DNA from: Trichosphaerium sp. ATCC 40318
Taxonomy: Eukaryota > Protista > Tubulinea
Assembly (NCBI GenBank): GCA_038496445.1
Contig: JALMLS010000460.1
Location: forward strand, 13,239-77,238
DNA length: 64,000 nucleotides
Reading direction: 5' to 3'
Of the stretch, positions 62,500 through 64,000 are shown one piece after another; position 1 is the first letter of the stretch, and each line of letters opens with the position of its first letter. The position numbers and the translations under genes are program-made. The notes under the pieces are model-generated. The model saw only the letters and a list, made by a program, of their open reading frames with translations. It did no database searches and was not told the origin of the DNA.

Positions 62500-64000
62500 C
62501 ATTATTTTCTGGGTTTAATAAGCGTACATATGTGATCATCTGACATGAACTGATGTCTACATTTATCAGCAACAAATGATCCTTTTGCAAGGCGTTTTAG
62601 CGGAGAGATATCATCAAAGTTTAACGCTACAACCAAACATTAGTTCCAAAACCAACTGACTTTTTTAGGCGTTGTTCAGAATAGCTAAAATTTCTGACTT
62701 TCTCAAGCTACGGTTAACACTAATTGCTTTACACTAACAAGAATCGAAGGGCATAATAGATAGATTTCTCAAGCATATAATAAAAAAACCACGTACATAA
62801 TCTTGGCTCATTGTAAGAGTATATTTTAAGCCCATATTTCTTAATCCGTTTCATATCTTTGGCTGTATTGATTTTCATCAACTCTTTGATACCATCGACC
62901 TAGGAATTCATTAAACGAAGGTGCCTAAGTAAAACGATAAATGATCGTACTAGCTAAGTACTTACCCACCACAAGTAGTACCTGTACTTCCGAGAAATTC
63001 CATCGGAATCTTCCTGATTTTCACTATCATGTGATTTGTTTCGATGAAACTGTTGCTCCTCAGTGGAGGATATAATATCAAGTTCATTATAAAAAGGTAT
63101 ATTATCTGATTCTTCGTCTGATTCTCTAAGTGTTCTTTGTGACATTGTTACTGATATAACATCTCTATCTGATATTTGATTTGGTATACTATCATTTTTA
63201 TTTGTCTTAGAAAATCTAGAAAATATAGACAGTGTATCAAGTGTATTCGACTGGTTATCATTAGACTCAACAGGTGTTGTCTTAGATTTCCTTTTTACTG
63301 CTGGTGAAGAAGCTAATGGTCTATCTTTTGCTGGCTTGATGTCACGCATGAACGAGTATTGTGGACCTGTATCGAACGTTTTTTGTTTCTTTTCTCTATC
63401 TACACCACGTGATTAGTTTGAGTTAATACCTTTACTTTACGCCATAAAACGCAAGGAAATGAGGCGTGTGCGTGTTTTGCAAACGTCAAGTTAACGTTTT
63501 AACGAACTTCCTTTTTACCTTTTTTATTCAAGTGCTTATTGTCTTCATTCGCACGCTTGACGCCTGTTTCTTTTGCTGAGCTATCAGAATTTGTAGATAA
63601 GACTGCTGAGGATTACTTTAGTCGGAAATAACTTTATAACCTCACCTTGTTTGTGGTTGGCGCTAGGGTGCGTAAAGGTGTCGATTTGCGCTTTGATGTC
63701 ATTTGGGTATTTGTAGAATAGTTTGTAATCTTCTTTATCCGCTTTTTTGGGCTTTGTATCGTGCTGCCCACGCTGTGTAATTACAATTTATAAAAAAACG
63801 AATAAACCAGCTGTACCGAGTTTTCTGCCATACACGGTGACACCTACTATACGTTGTAATCAACGTCTGTTACGTTTTTCCGCCTCGCAAATGAAAAAGA
63901 TTAAGTTATTCGGAGATTTATTAAGTACGAAAATACTCGTTTGCCACAAGTTTTACTCACTGAAAACACTAACACTGACAGCAAGTTTATATGCACTTAC
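62500..64000 (-). CDS. Partial multi-exon low-complexity protein; 5' end probably outside the window
   Basis: Ser/Asp-rich exon 62954-63349 and flanking GT-AG exons. Confidence 0.4.

Noticed and set aside
1-64000. Whole-window endogenous giant virus or prokaryotic origin
   Set aside because: No viral hallmark genes (capsid, polymerase, packaging ATPase) seen; most genes have spliceosomal introns

Overview
AT-rich, intron-rich eukaryotic (protist-like) genomic DNA with short GT-AG introns of about 40-70 nt and the standard genetic code. The first ~44 kb is a rearranged, duplication-rich region. It holds five divergent Rab32/38-like GTPase genes and two inverted RCC1-repeat genes. All seven carry the same previously unannotated C-terminal tail (SK..KFG motif, SW(I/M)DK motif, SAM-like domain) with matching exon structure. 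Interspersed are a Rac GTPase with a Q61P change, a Swt1-like HEPN gene, intronless F-box-like genes (LRR, MORN, Cys-rich), a USP-like protease fragment, a large PTTEA mucin-like gene and several non-autonomous DNA transposons (TTAA-target MITE pair, hAT-like element with an 8-bp TSD, a nested cluster that truncates a Rab). The last ~20 kb is more ordinary: DEK-C/SWIB protein, TPR-2OG oxygenase, Spec3/Stum-like protein, glycosyltransferase-like gene, His-Me endonuclease-like gene, F-box/LRR genes and an RCC1-like gene. Many frameshifts are single-base losses in short homopolymers and may be assembly errors rather than pseudogenisation. All gene models were built by eye, so exon boundaries are approximate.
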